This document shows positions 19,769-34,054 of a DNA stretch of 64,000 nucleotides, piece by piece. The notes beneath the pieces were generated by a model. That model ran no database searches, was not told the DNA's origin, and saw only the letters and a program-made list of their open reading frames with translations. Position numbers and translations under genes: made by a program. The stretch comes from the human T2T-CHM13v2.0 reference genome, Homo sapiens, in assembly GCF_009914755.1 (NCBI RefSeq), contig NC_060932.1, one strand, 5' to 3'. Numbering within the stretch: the stretch's first letter is position 1; each line of letters starts with the position of its first letter.

Positions 19769-21062
19769 TGTATTAGTCTCTTCTTGCTGCTCTAACAAAT
19801 TGACAGAAATTTCATGACTTAAAGCAACACAAATATTTGATCTTACAGGTCTGGAGGTCAGAATTCCAAAATGCATCTCACAGGGGCTAAAATTAAGGTG
19901 TTAGCAGGGCTGTGATCCTTTCTGGAGGTTCCAGGGGAGCGTGGTATAATAAAAATTATTTGGTCTTTGTCCCTAAGATTTCTGGCACAGGGCTCCTAAA
20001 CTCCTTAGAATCTCCACAGTGAAGTGTTTCTTTGGTATGCAAACGAATGTCTGCTGAATAGATATAACACTATCTGGTACCCTAGATAGTTTCAGGATGG
20101 GAGCTGGTCAGCAGAAGAGCCAAGCCTTGATTTGGAGGAATGGGACTTTCAGCCCCGCCCCAGCCCCACCTCTGGGGAGGGGAGAGTAGAGATTTGAGTT
20201 CAGTCACCGGTGGCCAATTATTTAATCAGTCATGTCTCTTTAACGAAACCTCCATAAAAGCCCTTAAACAAGAAGGTTCAGAGAGCTTCCAGGCTGGTGA
20301 ACACGTGGAGGTGCCCGGAGGATGCCCTGGGAAACACGGAAGTTCCGCCCACTAGCCCCTCCCCTCGCCTATGCATCTCTTCATTTGGCTCTTCGTGAGC
20401 AGCCTCCTTTAAAATAAACCATTAGTACTGAGTAAAGTGTTTTCCTGAGTTTTGTGAGCCCTTCTAGCGAATTATTGAACCTGAAGAGGAGTCATGGAAA
20501 CCCCTGAATTTGTAGTTAGTGGGACAGAAATGTGGGTAGCCCAGGAACCCCACTTATGGGTGGCCTCTGAAGTGTGGACAGTCTTGTGGGACTGAGTGCT
20601 GATCTTGTGGAGTCTAAACTAACTCCAGGAGTTGGTGTCAGAATTGAATTAAATTTTTCGATACTCACCTGGTGTCAGGGAGTTGGAGAACTGATGCTGC
20701 TGGAAAAGACACCATATATTTGATGTTGGGGGAAAAAATATTTCGGAGAGAATCCCTTTTCTTGCTTTTTCCAGTCTCTGGAGGACTCCTGCTTTCTTTG
20801 GCTCCTGCCCTTTCCGTCTTTCAAGCCGGCAATAGCTGGTTGAGTCTGTTCCGCCTTGTATCACTCTCGTACTGACTCTTGTGCCTCCAAAAACCCGTGT
20901 GATAGCCTTGGGCTCACCGGGTAATCCAGGGTAATCTTTAAGGTCAGCTGAGTAACCACAATTCCCTCTGCAACCTTAATTCCCCCTTGTCTTGTAACAC
21001 CTACACAGGTTTGGGGAATTAAGATGTGGTTCTCTTTAGGGGTCCAACATTCTGGTATCACA
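19769..21062 (-). mobile_element. MLT1D-like MaLR LTR interrupted by MER21
   Basis: 5-bp TSD AATGG (19764-19768 and 21063-21067); the halves rejoin as ccaggggag|aatccc. Confidence 0.85.
19940..20745 (+). mobile_element. MER21(C-like) LTR nested in MLT1
   Basis: Start gtggtataataaaaattatttggtctttgtccc...ggcacagggctcctaaa; TSD-like gggag/gagag. Confidence 0.8.
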
Positions 21063-21234
21063 AATGGTGATAGCAGGAAATGCATTCTTTCACAAGAAAA
21101 ATCACTTGGTAACGACAAAATTTAATGAATTATATAAATGCCAGGAGTTTGTCCAAATTATTTTGTACTGCTAGAATTTTGATACATCAAATGAAGACTT
21201 GAATAAGTGAAAAAGAGAAAATTCCAGCTAAACC

Positions 21235-21415
21235 TTCAGAAGACCTGGTTTCTAGTAATTTTTCTGCTCTGCCCTAGTGAACTTGGGCAAATCATGTCAA
21301 CGTTATTGAGTTTCCTCCCCAACGAGACTGGTATTACCTGTAATAACTTAAAAAGTTGTTGTTAGAAAGAAGCAAAATAATGTTTCTGAAAATACACTGG
21401 AAATCATATAATGAT
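21235..21415 (+). mobile_element. MIR fragment
   Basis: cagaagacctggtttctag...gtgaacttgggcaaatcatgtcaac...gagtttcctc. Confidence 0.6.
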
Positions 21416-22781
21416 ATTCAAATATTGTTCTATAAACATGCTATTGGCTGGAGCTTAGCAAATTTGTAAAACAAAGTTATTGTCCATTATAATACTCTTT
21501 GCTCCAATACCGTTCAAACTTCAGGATCAGTAAAAGTCAGCCCACTCTTCAAAACAAAATTTTACCGTATAATTGCCTATATACCCTGCCCTCTACCCAC
21601 TCTCCACCCTTTTACAGCCCTCCTGCCCCAATCAAGTGTGAGAGAAACATAACCAAAAGAAAGAATATTTTGAAAAGCAGCAGAGAATTGAAAATGAAAA
21701 GTTCATGGAACTACGATTTTGTTTTCTGCATTGGGAAAAAAGATGAAGAAAACTTAATACTTATCTTCAAGAACATGAAGTCTTAGAACACCAAGAATAG
21801 TGACAAAATAAGAAACAAGCTTAAGGATAAAAGATTTAATGTAAGCTTCAGAAATAACTTCCCCACATGAAAGTCAATAATGGTTGAAATGGGATACTAA
21901 AGGTTTTATATTTTCCTGATTTAGAGGTTTATGAAAGAAAGAAAAGTATTCTTACATTCTGTAAAGGAGATTAAGTATCTCTGACTTCATTTTAAAGGTA
22001 ACAAAAGTGGATCCTTACTGAAGTAACATGTTCAGTACCAAATGTATTTGTTCTTTTTCAGAATGATTTTGGCTATTCTTGGAATATTATTATTCCAGAT
22101 AAATTTTGAAACCTCTTTGTGAACTTCCCTGGTAAACCCTGTTGTGATTTGAGTTCGATTTACTTTGAGTTTATAGATTGATTATTTGTGGGACACATAA
22201 ATATTTTCGAACTCAGGATTGCAACCCCTTCAAATGGCATCTTTCTCTACTGATTTGGATTTTCTTTAATGTCCTTCAGTAACATTTATGTTTTGCTCCA
22301 TGAAGTTCTTGCACTTCTTTAGGATTATTCTTCAATGATACATAGTTTTAATTGGTATTGTGAATATTTTGCTTTTCTTTACTTTTCATAAAATACGATG
22401 TACACAATAAAATGCACATAAAACAAGTATGGAAGGCCTAACACATGCATAGAGTGACCAAAGTCAAGGAGAAAAAAACAAACACACACACATTTCCAAC
22501 TCCAGAAACCCTCCTCATGTCCCTCCCCCAAATAATTACTTGTATGTTTAAAATAATCACCTCTGTATTCACAGGTTACCATTATATTAGCTTTCGCCAT
22601 AATCACTTCTTTGCTTTATAGTTTTATTGTGTAATTGTATATCTGTAAACAATAGAATTTAGATTTGTTTGCTTTTGGATTTTATATTAAAGAAAAGTAG
22701 TCTTCTTTGCTCAAAATTGTTTGTGAGATTCATCCATGATGTGTGAATATATCACAATTTATTACTCATTTCACTGACCCA

Positions 22782-22998
22782 TGTGATGCTTCGTGTTATG
22801 TGTCAACTTGGCTAAGCTATAGTACTCAATTATTTAATCAAATAATAATTTAGAGCTACTCCGAAGGTACTTTGTAGATATGGTTAACATCTACACTTAC
22901 TTACTTTACTTTATGCAAAGGAGATGACCCTTGATAATGTGGATAGGACAATTCCAATCAGATTTCTATGTATGTATGTATGTATGTATGTATGTATG

Positions 22999-23039
<41 letters not shown>

Positions 23040-23083
23040 GTCTATCTCTAGTTCTGTTTCTCTGGAAAACCTCAACTGATACT
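22782..23083 (+). mobile_element. MLT2D-like LTR (internally deleted)
   Basis: tgtgatg...tatgtgtcaacttggctaagctatagtac start, gttctgtttctctggaaaacc end, 5-bp TSD ACCCA. Confidence 0.8.
22967..23038 (+). repeat. Compound tetranucleotide STR (TATG)8(TATC)10
   Basis: Counted directly. Confidence 0.95.
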
Positions 23084-24366
23084 ACCCAGTTTTATGAAAG
23101 ATGATGCTATGGACTTTGATGCATTTGTGTTCTGGAACACATGGACAAGGCTCCCCAGCATATATATCTATGAGTAGATTTTCTGGGTATCATAATTTTC
23201 AATTTATTAGGGGATATACACTATTTTATTTAAATGTGCATTGCCATCAGAAGTGTATGAAGGTTCTGATTTCTCCATATATTCACCAATAGTCAGTACT
23301 GTCAGATATTTCCACTTTAGCTTGGTAAGTGTGTGGTATCTGTGCTTTTTTTGTACCTTTTTTTTTTTTTTTTGCTTTCATTGTGCTTTGAATTTGCATT
23401 TTTCTGACGGGCAACATTATTGATCCACTTTCATATCCTTACTGGTCATATGGATATCCACTTTTGTGAAGGTCTCTTTCCATTTTTTTATTAGATTGTC
23501 TGATTTTTTTTATCTAAAAGGATTTTAATTATAGATTCTAGTCCCTTATTTCAAATGACTTCTTTCCTTCTGCAGCTTGTTTTTGCACTGCTTCTTTGCT
23601 GTCTTTGATTGAGACCATTTTACCATATAAAAATTTATCAATGTTTTCTTTTATTGCTATTGCCGTTTGTGTGTTATTTAAGAAATAATTTCCAATCTTG
23701 GGATGTTTAACATATGATTCCATAATATCTTTTAAAATCTTTATAATTTTTCTTTTCACAATTTTTTAATTTACCTGAAATTGAATTTTTAAATGTATAT
23801 TAAAGTGCGAGACTAATTTTCTTTTGTTCTAAATGGTACTCAATTGCCCAGCATCACTTGTTGGAATGACCATATTCTCCATTAATCCATTAATCTACTC
23901 ATGCCCCTCTGTCATATATTAAATTTCCATAAGTGTGTGGATTTACTTCTTGTTTCTCTATTATGTTCTGGTGTCCTGTTTTGTAATCTTTGCTTCAATT
24001 CCATAATAACCAACTGACTAGAGCCTTATAATATGTCAGGATATCTTGAGACTAAGTTCTCTCTACTTCATTTTCTTCAACTAATCTGGTTATTATTTTT
24101 CACTTTTATTTAAAATTACTGTGTTAAGTCTATAGTAAAAGCAAAAAAAGACAGTATTGAATAAGTAAATGCATTTGGGGAGAATTAGTGTCTTCATAAC
24201 ATTTTATTTTTCTATCTCTGAATGTGGCTTATCTCCCCATTTGTTTTTAAAAGTGTTTTTAGTGAAATTTTATATTTTGTCAGTGGAGTTCACATGTTTT
24301 ATAGATTTATTTCTATGTAATTTACAGTTTTAATGCTATTGTAAGTGATATTGCTTTTTGGGTGCT

Positions 24367-24645
24367 TTTTTTTCTTGACAAAGTCTGGCTCTATCACCTA
24401 GGCTAAAGGCTGGAGTGCAGTGGCACAGCCTTGGCTCACTGCACCCTCTACTTCCCAAGCTCAAGCTCCCAACCACACTGTAGCTGCGACTACAAGTGTG
24501 CACCAGCACACCCGACTAATTTTTGTATTTTTTGTAGAGATGGGGTTTTGCCATGTTGCCCAGGCTGACTTGTGAGCTCAAGCTATCTGCCCGCCTTGGC
24601 CTGACAAATGGCTAGGATTACAGGCATGAGCCATTCTGCCTGGCC
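24367..24645 (-). mobile_element. AluJ (Jb-like)
   Basis: Diverged dimer; tttgtagagatggggttttgccatgttgcccaggctg and gagctcaag J-type diagnostics. Confidence 0.85.
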
Positions 24646-26339
24646 ATGATACTGTTTTTATTTTTTCTTGGCATAAGTTATGGTATAGAGAAATAAAATG
24701 GAATTTGGCTTCACTATCTCATTAGTTATAATACTATATTCTCAATGACTTTTTGTTTCCCAAGTTTTTGAGACAGGAGTGCATAAACCTATGAATATAA
24801 TTGTAAATGTCTACAATTTCTCCTTTTAATTCTGTCAAAAGTGGTCAGTTTCAAATAAATTCATGTTTATTTAAGTATTTTAGTGTTTTTAAAATGTATC
24901 CTTTTTATCCATATTAAAACATTTTTAATTCAACTCGTATTCTTTTGACATTTACAAATAAATATGCATGCCCAACTCTGCAATTGTCTAGTAATTTTTT
25001 AAAGTCTGCCATATCATTTTCCCGTCCTGAATTAGATTCATTAATTCTCTGTATCTTAGTTCTGTATATTAGAATGACCGATTTTATTTTACTAAAAAAC
25101 AATATTTACAGAAGTTTTCTTAAAACATGATGGGAGAAATACCTAAATGCCTAGAGATACCTTTAAAGACAGTTCAAAACAATCAAATTGATGCTTCTTG
25201 CCTTTCTTCACATGCTAGAACAGTGAACAAAGATAAAAAGTAGGTGTGCTCATATGCATTTAATAACCAAAGGACTGAAAACATCTGCCTTTTTATTCTT
25301 CCATATTTCTAACATTTCCAAGGAGTTCTGCTAGAATAAGGAAGATTGTGCACACTTGAAGTCTGGATGACAATGATGTTTAATTTTATAATTTGTGTTA
25401 TCTAGCCAGTCCAGGCTTCAGTGGTCTGAGGTGTGGTCTTGTTTGGCCCTGAGCTGCTTTATTGCATCATTTGTTAGTGGACAATCTGGATGGGGAGCAC
25501 TTGGCAACTTAGTAGCAGAACTGTTCAGTTCTATAGTGCTGGGGCCACTTAATCTTCAATGAATCTAAACGTGTCTACATTACGATGATAAATGTTGGTC
25601 CTCAGATGAACTCTGGAAGCTGCAATTTCAGAAATGAGTAATTCAAATTCAAAAAAACCAGTGATCGAAGTGAAATTTTGTGAGCCAGTAGTGACCACTT
25701 GGCAGTCACCTGCATGGCTTTCTCAATAGGTTCAGCTCTAATGTATAATGGTTTATAAAGCTACAGTATTTTAATAATCTTCCAAGGATAGCCAAGCCAC
25801 TATATCTCCTCTGGAATTCCATCTCTGATTATTTCTCTCATTCCAGTTACTTCTCAGGGGCAGGTGTCACTTCTACTGGGAATTGTAGCCCTTGCTTTAG
25901 TGTGGACAAGAGTTGACTTTCCCTCCCACCTGCTACCCTTCCCCTAGAGCCACTGGGATGATATACCTGGCCTGCCAAGAGGAAGCCTCAAAATGGGATA
26001 CGGTGATGCCAAAACTCCAGAACACCTTGGCTAAATCTTCTTGGGAGACTATGGTCTGATCTCAACTCTTTTTTTTTTTTAATTTTACTTTGATTTTTTT
26101 TTTAATACTTCATTTAAAATTTGCCAAAACTAGTTAACTAGGTTATATTATTCTCTCTCTCTTTATCATTCTGTGGGCCTACCCCTTCCTTGGGACTATT
26201 TAGATACTTCAAAAATATAATAAAAATAGTATTTAATATTTGTTATATACTTAATATTAGGTGAGACTATATATTATCCTTTTACCTCTTTTTGTTAATA
26301 TTACATATATGTATATAATGGTTCTTTTTTATTTTTAAA

Positions 26340-26679
26340 ATTCTATTAATCATTTACAAATAATACATGTTAACATAAATACTTTACTCTTTTTCTAAAA
26401 TAAAAAAATCATTAATGAGAAATGGCACTGCTTTACATTTTTACAAATCTCTTTAATATCTGACATAATAGAAGAAAGCTGGGCTCTCATATCTGCTTTT
26501 ACATTAGGACTTTTACAATATCACACCTTAGGTAGCCTCTAAAAATCTCCTCTGTGCGCTTATGAAAGAATGAGAGTGAAAAAGATAAATGACATCTTAG
26601 TATTATAAAAATAACTTTGACTTTGAATTCCCTTAAAAGGCTCTTGAGGACCCCCCAGACCACACTTTGAGACCCACTG
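26340..26679 (+). mobile_element. Charlie1-type hAT DNA transposon 3' end
   Basis: tttttacaaatctctttaatatctgacataatagaagaaagctgg...gaccacactttgagacccactg terminus. Confidence 0.7.
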
Positions 26680-26790
26680 CTCTAGTCTAATGTCCTTATC
26701 TTACGTATAAGGACATTGGATCTCAGAGAGAGTGAGAAACCCAAAATCTCACAGCCTGTTAATGACAGGATACGGATCTTAGATGGCTTG
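26680..26790 (-). mobile_element. MIR fragment
   Basis: tctagtctaatgtccttatcttacgtataaggacattggatctcagagag. Confidence 0.45.
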
Positions 26791-27259
26791 TCTCACTTCT
26801 CTTAGTTTAGATTCTCAATTCGAAACCAAGGAAATAAATATACCCTAAAGGCCTGTTCTCTTCTCTCTAGTTGCAAAGATGATCACAATATATTACCATT
26901 TTTTTAAATAAAAGGGGTAAATCAACAAACATGATAGATTTTTCCTACAAGCATATTGTCTACATCTGAATTACACTATTTGAATTAAGATCTCTATTTG
27001 AACTGAAACACTCAGGCAAATTTGATTGCATCCTACTCCATGCAAGCTGGTAATGACAAACTGCACAGTAAATATCATAGATAAATGTGGAAAGTGGATT
27101 AACCATAATATCACTATTTATCATATACTCTGTGTCTGAAATACAATTCAGTGATGTATTTCAGAAAAATGTTCCCAAGTACTGGCTGAAAGGGCGGTGA
27201 GTATATGAAGACACTGCAGATAAATTGACAATCACAAGAACTTTTTTGATAAAAAAATT

Positions 27260-27822
27260 TTTCTGAAATGCAGATATTTTTCATTCCCTAACCAGCCCTT
27301 ATTTTTGTCCTTTTTGAAAAAAATCAATAAATCTTGGTCACCAGAGATGATTTCCTTTGTATCCAACCATATGGTTCAAATCTTCTTTAAATGGACCATG
27401 GCCTTGAGACCAGAAAAGCTGATCTAGTAGAGGAAATTCTTCCCAAGGAACCCAGTCCCAACTTTCATTTTTTTTCAGGTTCCACATTCTGTGGTTCTGA
27501 ATCATGAGTCACGTCCACCTCTCCTTTGGTTAATATGGTAACGTGATAATTCTCTTTCTCAACGAAAGAATTCTCAACTGAGGCAAAGCAAACATTTTTC
27601 AGGTGAAGAGCTGTTTCTTTCCAGCCTTCCTTTTCAGTGCATTCTTCCCAGCTCTTACCGAACTCCAAATGGCCCCCAGGAAGTTGGAAACTGCTGGCTC
27701 CAGGCGACCCCTTTCTCTTCCCCAGAAGGACACAACGCGATGCCTGTAGCTAGTCTCCCCTGCTCCGACTTTGAATGCAGCTGCTGCCTTGATGCTGGCT
27801 GTCACAGTGTGCTGAAGGACTC
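27260..27822 (-). pseudogene. NUDT15: Processed pseudogene of NUDT15 (Nudix hydrolase/MTH2); CDS-homologous part 27338-27805
   Basis: Minus strand across frameshifts reads (GTG)TAS...[131 protein letters not shown], matching NUDT15. No introns, start codon is GTG, two frameshifts. 3' extent uncertain. Confidence 0.93.
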
Positions 27823-29265
27823 CATATATAATGATTCTTTCATTATTTAAACTAAATAGGATAGTTTGTATCTTTGCCTTTTTATATTCATCTTACGTTA
27901 GTGTTTTTCCTCCTTCTATAACAACTGTAAAATCTTTGCAACAGTATAATTTCATTTATTCTTACTTCCCCTTTGTGCTATTGTTGTCATATATTTTATT
28001 CTGTGTATGTCTCACAAGATAGTGCACTTATTTTAAACCATCAATATTGTTTTGAATTTTACTATGTATTCACACTTTTCGAGATCTTCATTTCTTCCTA
28101 CTTAGATCGTTTGGCCTCCTACTCCAAGTAAGTTCAAACTCTGGTGAATATCTTAAGGAGGTGATTGACCTAGACAAATTCTTCTTAGCTTGAATTTTGC
28201 TAAACACATAATTGTGCATACTTTTGACCTTGGAGCTTAGATATAATTCCTTACTTGCACAAGATAAGGGATGCTTCTTCCTTCCCAACTCCAGCCCCTA
28301 TACCTATGGTAAAATAACAGCCCTTACACAAGGTTTGAAGATCACCACATATATTTTTTATGTCCCCTAACTCATCTTTTAAATCATCCACAAGCGATTA
28401 GGAGAACAGAATACAAATATGAAAACTCCATTATTGGACAAAATATAATCTAGCTGAAACCCTTAACTATGAAATGGGCAAAAGCGTGGCCCACAATGTG
28501 GGAGACAAGGTATGCAAATAAGTGAGAAGACAACTCCTCTGGTTTGAAGCTCAGGAAGATAGAAAACATAGACTTTCCAAGGTGACTAAAGCACCCTACT
28601 ATACTGAACTAAAATGTTTTATTTGACACAGAAGAAAATATGTGAAATTGCTGGTATTAGGGAGAGCTTCTCTGGACCCATTTTATTTTGATAAGAAAGG
28701 GTGGCTGCAATGTACTGGGACTCAACATAGTTAGCCATGTTTTCTGGAAGATGCTGATTTTCGTGACATGGGGGAAAAGGAGACTTTTTACTGTGGACAG
28801 TTCCACATCTTGTATTTCTATTGAATGGGGTGGTGGAAAAGTTTAAAGAAATCACACACCACATCCTGAATCTTATGGAAAATTGCTACCAGCCTGGAAC
28901 ACAGCCATCGACCTCTCCCCAGAGACTCCTATAAATAGGTGGTCCAGAAATAACTTTTCTCCTTCAAAGATGAAGAATCAAAAATATAACAGCACGGAAC
29001 ATATTCAAATGCATAGTGAAACTAGATAACAGAAGAAAAATACCAGAAAAATGTTGTCACAAAGAAGAAAATTGTGAACATTTTTCGATGAACTTAAACA
29101 AAGAAAAAACAAAAACCTTTAATGAATCATTTGCCTCTATGAAACAAAAGCGTAAATAAAAATTACAAAATCTCAAAGAAGAAATGGTGAGACAATAGGT
29201 GGAGATGAAATGCCATCTGGAAGAGGTCAGAAAATATGTGGTGGGAAAAATTTAAAAATCCATAT

Positions 29266-29840
29266 ATGGAGGGGTGAAAAGGGGTTATACCTTTCCTCAC
29301 TTATCACAAGGATCATGGCCAACACCCATATAACAAAAGACAGGCTAACAAGGGAAAGGCATAAGACAATTATTTAATCAGAGTTTTATATGACATGGGA
29401 GCCTTCAGAATGAAGACTCAAAGACCCCAGAAAAACTGTCTATTTTTATGCTGAGGTTTGGTGAAGAATGGACAACCTCCTAGAAATGTGACTGGACAAA
29501 AAGAGTATGACTTAATGGGAACAGATTGAAGGGGGAAACTCTGCAAGGCCCATTTGTTCAGATTCTTTTCGGCCTCTCTGTGCAGCATTCCTTCTCCCAG
29601 CTATGGGAGGTCAAACTAGGTAGGTCAGGAAATTTCTTTATGGCCAGTTCTTACACAGAAAGAGGCAAAGCTTGGAGCAATATTTTTAGGTTTTATGGAT
29701 GGCTTCGGGGAAAATGGGTTCTGGTTTCAATGATCTGCCTTGGGGAAAAGGGACTGTGGTTTCTATGTCAGGACAAGAGACGATCAGACAGAGATTTGCT
29801 TCTGAGGCCTAAACTTTGGAGTCTCATTTTCTGAATCCAA
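29266..29840 (-). mobile_element. ERV1 solo LTR, MER39-like
   Basis: cccataacaaaagacagg...gttttatatgacatgggagccttcagaatgaagac...tttttatgctgaggtttggtgaagaatggaca. Confidence 0.7.
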
Positions 29841-29978
29841 AAAAAGAAGACAATGACAGGAACACATGAAAGAAAAATCACTGTTAAATACAAATTTAGG
29901 GTCATAGAGAATAGAAATGAATACAAATTTTAACTAAATTAGAGACAGTAATAGAAACAGTTAACAAAAGAGATGTAG

Positions 29979-30305
<327 letters not shown>

Positions 30306-30735
30306 AAGTATGGACTAATCTTTAAAGAGAAAATTGAAGAACAGAGTCCTTAAAACAAAAAAGACTTTTTGTAGGGAAAAGTTCTGGGTACCAAAATTTT
30401 AAAATAAATTATTTGGGCATTTAGGTAAAAAGAATAAGTCACTTGTAAGAAAAAATATATATATAGACTCTCACAGAAATGTGTTAAAGCAACATCTACA
30501 CAATCCATAGGGAAAGAGTGAACAAAGTATTTAATAATAAAATGAAATTGTAATGCAAATATAAAAGCTGTATGGAGTTGTAAATATCCAGAAACTTTGA
30601 AAATGTAGGCTTCATGGTCCCCTTTTGGGGAATCTACTGAAGGACAACCATCAGCCAAACAGAAGGTGATTTAAAAACTACAGGTAAAGACTTGGTAGGG
30701 AGTACTGAATCTACTTAAATGTAGAAGGAAGATTA

Positions 30736-31065
<330 letters not shown>

Positions 31066-32021
31066 TTAAAATTTAACTTGCTATGTAACATTTGATTTAA
31101 ACTCAATATGTGGAAAATGGTAAAGAAGGTAGGAGGTGGAATATTTATAATAATTTCCTTACCTTTAATATTTGTATAAAAAGATATGAGGCAAAATGGA
31201 CAAATCAAGTACCAGGCATAATTATGTTTAATAATACAACTGTGACACTAAAACGTATTTTTAAAAAGTCAACTAAAACCAGATGGTTCCAGATTCCTTA
31301 TCATAAGTTTCCAGGAGCATGCTGTAGTGGAATTAGCATTGAAACTTTGGGACAACAGGCAGCTGGTGCAGAATGAGAGATGAACTGAGGCAATGTAGGG
31401 TGGGTCAATTAAAAGTGGTTTTGGAATCCATTTACAGCAGCAACTAGAGGAAGAGACAGGAGAGTTTTCAAAGAAATGCAGTTGTATAAGGAGTGTTGGA
31501 TACTCTTAAAAATAAGAGAAAACATAATAAAAATATGATAATTATGATCAAATGTACCTGTCACATAAATAAATTTATATGGCCTAAAAACATATTAAAT
31601 ACATTTTATGTTGGCCAAAGTATAAAACTACATGCTATATGTTAAAAGACATCTAAAACAAAATAACAAAAAACAATTGAAAAGCAAAGTTTGAAAAATG
31701 ATAAACCAAACAAATTCAACTAAAATCAAACAGGGGCCACATTATTAGAAATTGGAATTCAACATAAAAATCACAAGAAGAAGGGTATTTTATAAAAATT
31801 AAAAAGTAGAATTCACATGAAGATATAACAATCATACATTTCTATGCAGCAAATAATTTAGTAACCATATGAATACAGCTGAAATTATAGGAGACTCAAG
31901 GATAAATAGAAACATTAAATTAGGGCATTTTAATTCACCTATCTTATGCCATGACACATCAAGTGGACAGAAATATAGGTAACAGAACAGCATAATTAAT
32001 AAGATAGACTTACTTGAGTTA

Positions 32022-33310
32022 CACAGGAGATTCAAAAAATTCATGGAAAATGCACATTATGAAAAAACTGCACGGATTGAAAAAATGGTTCACACCAAAA
32101 TTAACTTGTACTAACTAGTTTTAACATTTCTGAACAGGATCTAATTTGAGGCACTAAGAAGGAAAAGACACAGATTTGAAAAGAGCCCCTGTCAAAGCAA
32201 TATGAACTCAGCTAAAATTGAAGCAAGAACAAACATAAAATTTATGGTGAAAGAAACTTGAGTGGAAGAATGCTAAAATCATTGACGCTTTATGTAGTTT
32301 CTGGGAACAAGGCACCAAAGAGCTCAGCAGTTTACAAATGGAGAACTCATGTTAAAAAGGGACAGGATGATGTTGAAGATAAAGCCCACACTAGCAGACC
32401 ATCCACATCAATTTGAGAGAAGAATAATTAATATTCTTTGTGACCAAATGGAAGGAGATCAATAATTAACAGCTGAAACAATAGCCAAACTGTAAATATA
32501 TTGATTCAACTTAGTGAATCAACTTAGTGAAATAATTTTCACTAAAAAATTAAAGTTGAACTAACTTTCTGCTCGATGGGTGCCAAAACCATTGTGCTCA
32601 AATCAGTTGCAGACAAGAGCAAAGCTTTAAGTGGAAATTTTAAACAAGTTAAGATCAAGATCCTGAAACATTTATTTGAAGAATTAATAGAAATTAAACA
32701 TGGTTTTACCAATAGGATTCTGCAATGACTACCAAGAGGTAAATGTGGTCCAGTCAAAGCAAAAACAGACTGGTCTAGAGCAAAGGTCATGGCAACTGTT
32801 TTTTGGGATACTCAAGCATTGTTGATTCTTTGGAGGGCCAAAGAACAATAACATCTGCTCATTATGACAGTGTTTTGAGAAATTTAGCCAAAGCTTTAGC
32901 AGAAAAATGCCTTGCAAACCTTCACCAGAAAGTCCCTCTCCACCACAACAATGCTTCTGCTCATTCTTCTCATCAAACAAAGGCAAAGTTATGTGAGTTT
33001 TGATAGGAAATCATTAGACATCCACCTCACAGTCCCGATTTGGTTCCTTCTGATTTCTTTTTCTTTCTTAATCTTAGAAAAAACTGTAAAGGGCACCCAT
33101 TTTTCTCCAGTTAATAATGTAAAAAGGACTTCATTGACATGGTAAACTTGCCAGGATTCTCAGGTTTCTAGGGAGGAACTAAATGACTATTATCATTTCT
33201 TACAAAAGTGTCTTGACCTTGATGGAGTTTGTGCTGAACAATAGTTTATATTTTTTTTTAAGTTTTGTCTTTTAATTCATTTTTTTCCATGGAGTTTTGA
33301 AGTCCTCTCA
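32022..33310 (+). mobile_element. HSMAR2 mariner transposon, near full length, transposase disrupted
   Basis: TIRs ttcaaaaaattcatggaaaa / ttttccatggagttttgaag with TA TSDs; ATG at 32202 MNSAKIEARTNIKFMVK; fragment LEGQRTITSAHYDSVLRNLAKALAEK. Confidence 0.92.
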
Positions 33311-33324
33311 TATATAACACACAT

Positions 33325-33710
33325 AATATGGTGAAACATGGCTCCAAAACCATGGCTTCAGATTTCATATCAAATCTCTGGAACTTATGAGCATTATCTT
33401 GTTTGAAAAATGTCTTTGCAGATAAAAATAAGTTAAGAATCTTGAGATGAGGAGGTCATCTCAGATTATCCATATGGGCCCTAAATTTAATGACCAGTGT
33501 TCTTATAAGAGAAAGGCAAAGGAATATTTGAGACAGACAGAAAAGAAGACACCCACACACAGAGGAAGAAGTAATTTGAAGAGGGAGGTAGAGATTGGAG
33601 TGGTGGAGCTATAAGCCATGGAATACAAAGGATAGCTAGCAGCCATGAAAGAATAAATTTCTTTTTCATTAAGCCACCATGTTTGTTATACAACCATGGG
33701 AAATTGTATA
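33325..33710 (+). mobile_element. MLT1C-like MaLR LTR (internally deleted)
   Basis: gtctttgcagat...ttaagaatcttgagatgag...gggccctaaat...agaataaatttc...ttaagccacc. Confidence 0.75.
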
Positions 33711-33715
33711 TATAT

Positions 33716-33942
33716 GTGTGTATATGGAAAATCTTATATTTATAAAAAAATTATATATATATAAATTAAAACAGAACATTGTTTTTAGCTACAAAGAAAA
33801 TCTGAAAATGTCTTAAGTAAGTGTGTATGGAATATCTTATATTTATAGAAAATGTATTGTGGAATTATATATATATATAAAAAAATCAAACATTGTTCTT
33901 AGATACAAAGAAAATCTGAAAATGTCTCAAGTAAGTAAGTAA
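33716..33942 (+). repeat. Two-copy tandem duplication, ~105-120 bp unit
   Basis: gtgtgtat(at)ggaa(a/t)atcttatatttata...aacattgtt(t/c)ttag(c/a)tacaaagaaaatctgaaaatgtct(t/c)aagtaa occurs twice. Confidence 0.85.
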
Positions 33943-34054
33943 ACATGGCCCATAAACATGACAACCTCCTGCATAAGAGTAATACAAACTAAGCTACGCT
34001 GATAAATTATTTTATATTTTCAAATTGACAAGAATGGCAAGTCTATTCTCTCCT

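Larger units (their letters stand above)
22050..24880 (-). mobile_element. Ancient L1ME-type fragments (antisense), interrupted by MLT2D and AluJ
   Basis: T-rich antisense L1 motifs such as ttggctattcttgg...ttccagataaattttgaaa and caattgcccagcatcacttgttggaatgacc. Confidence 0.6.
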
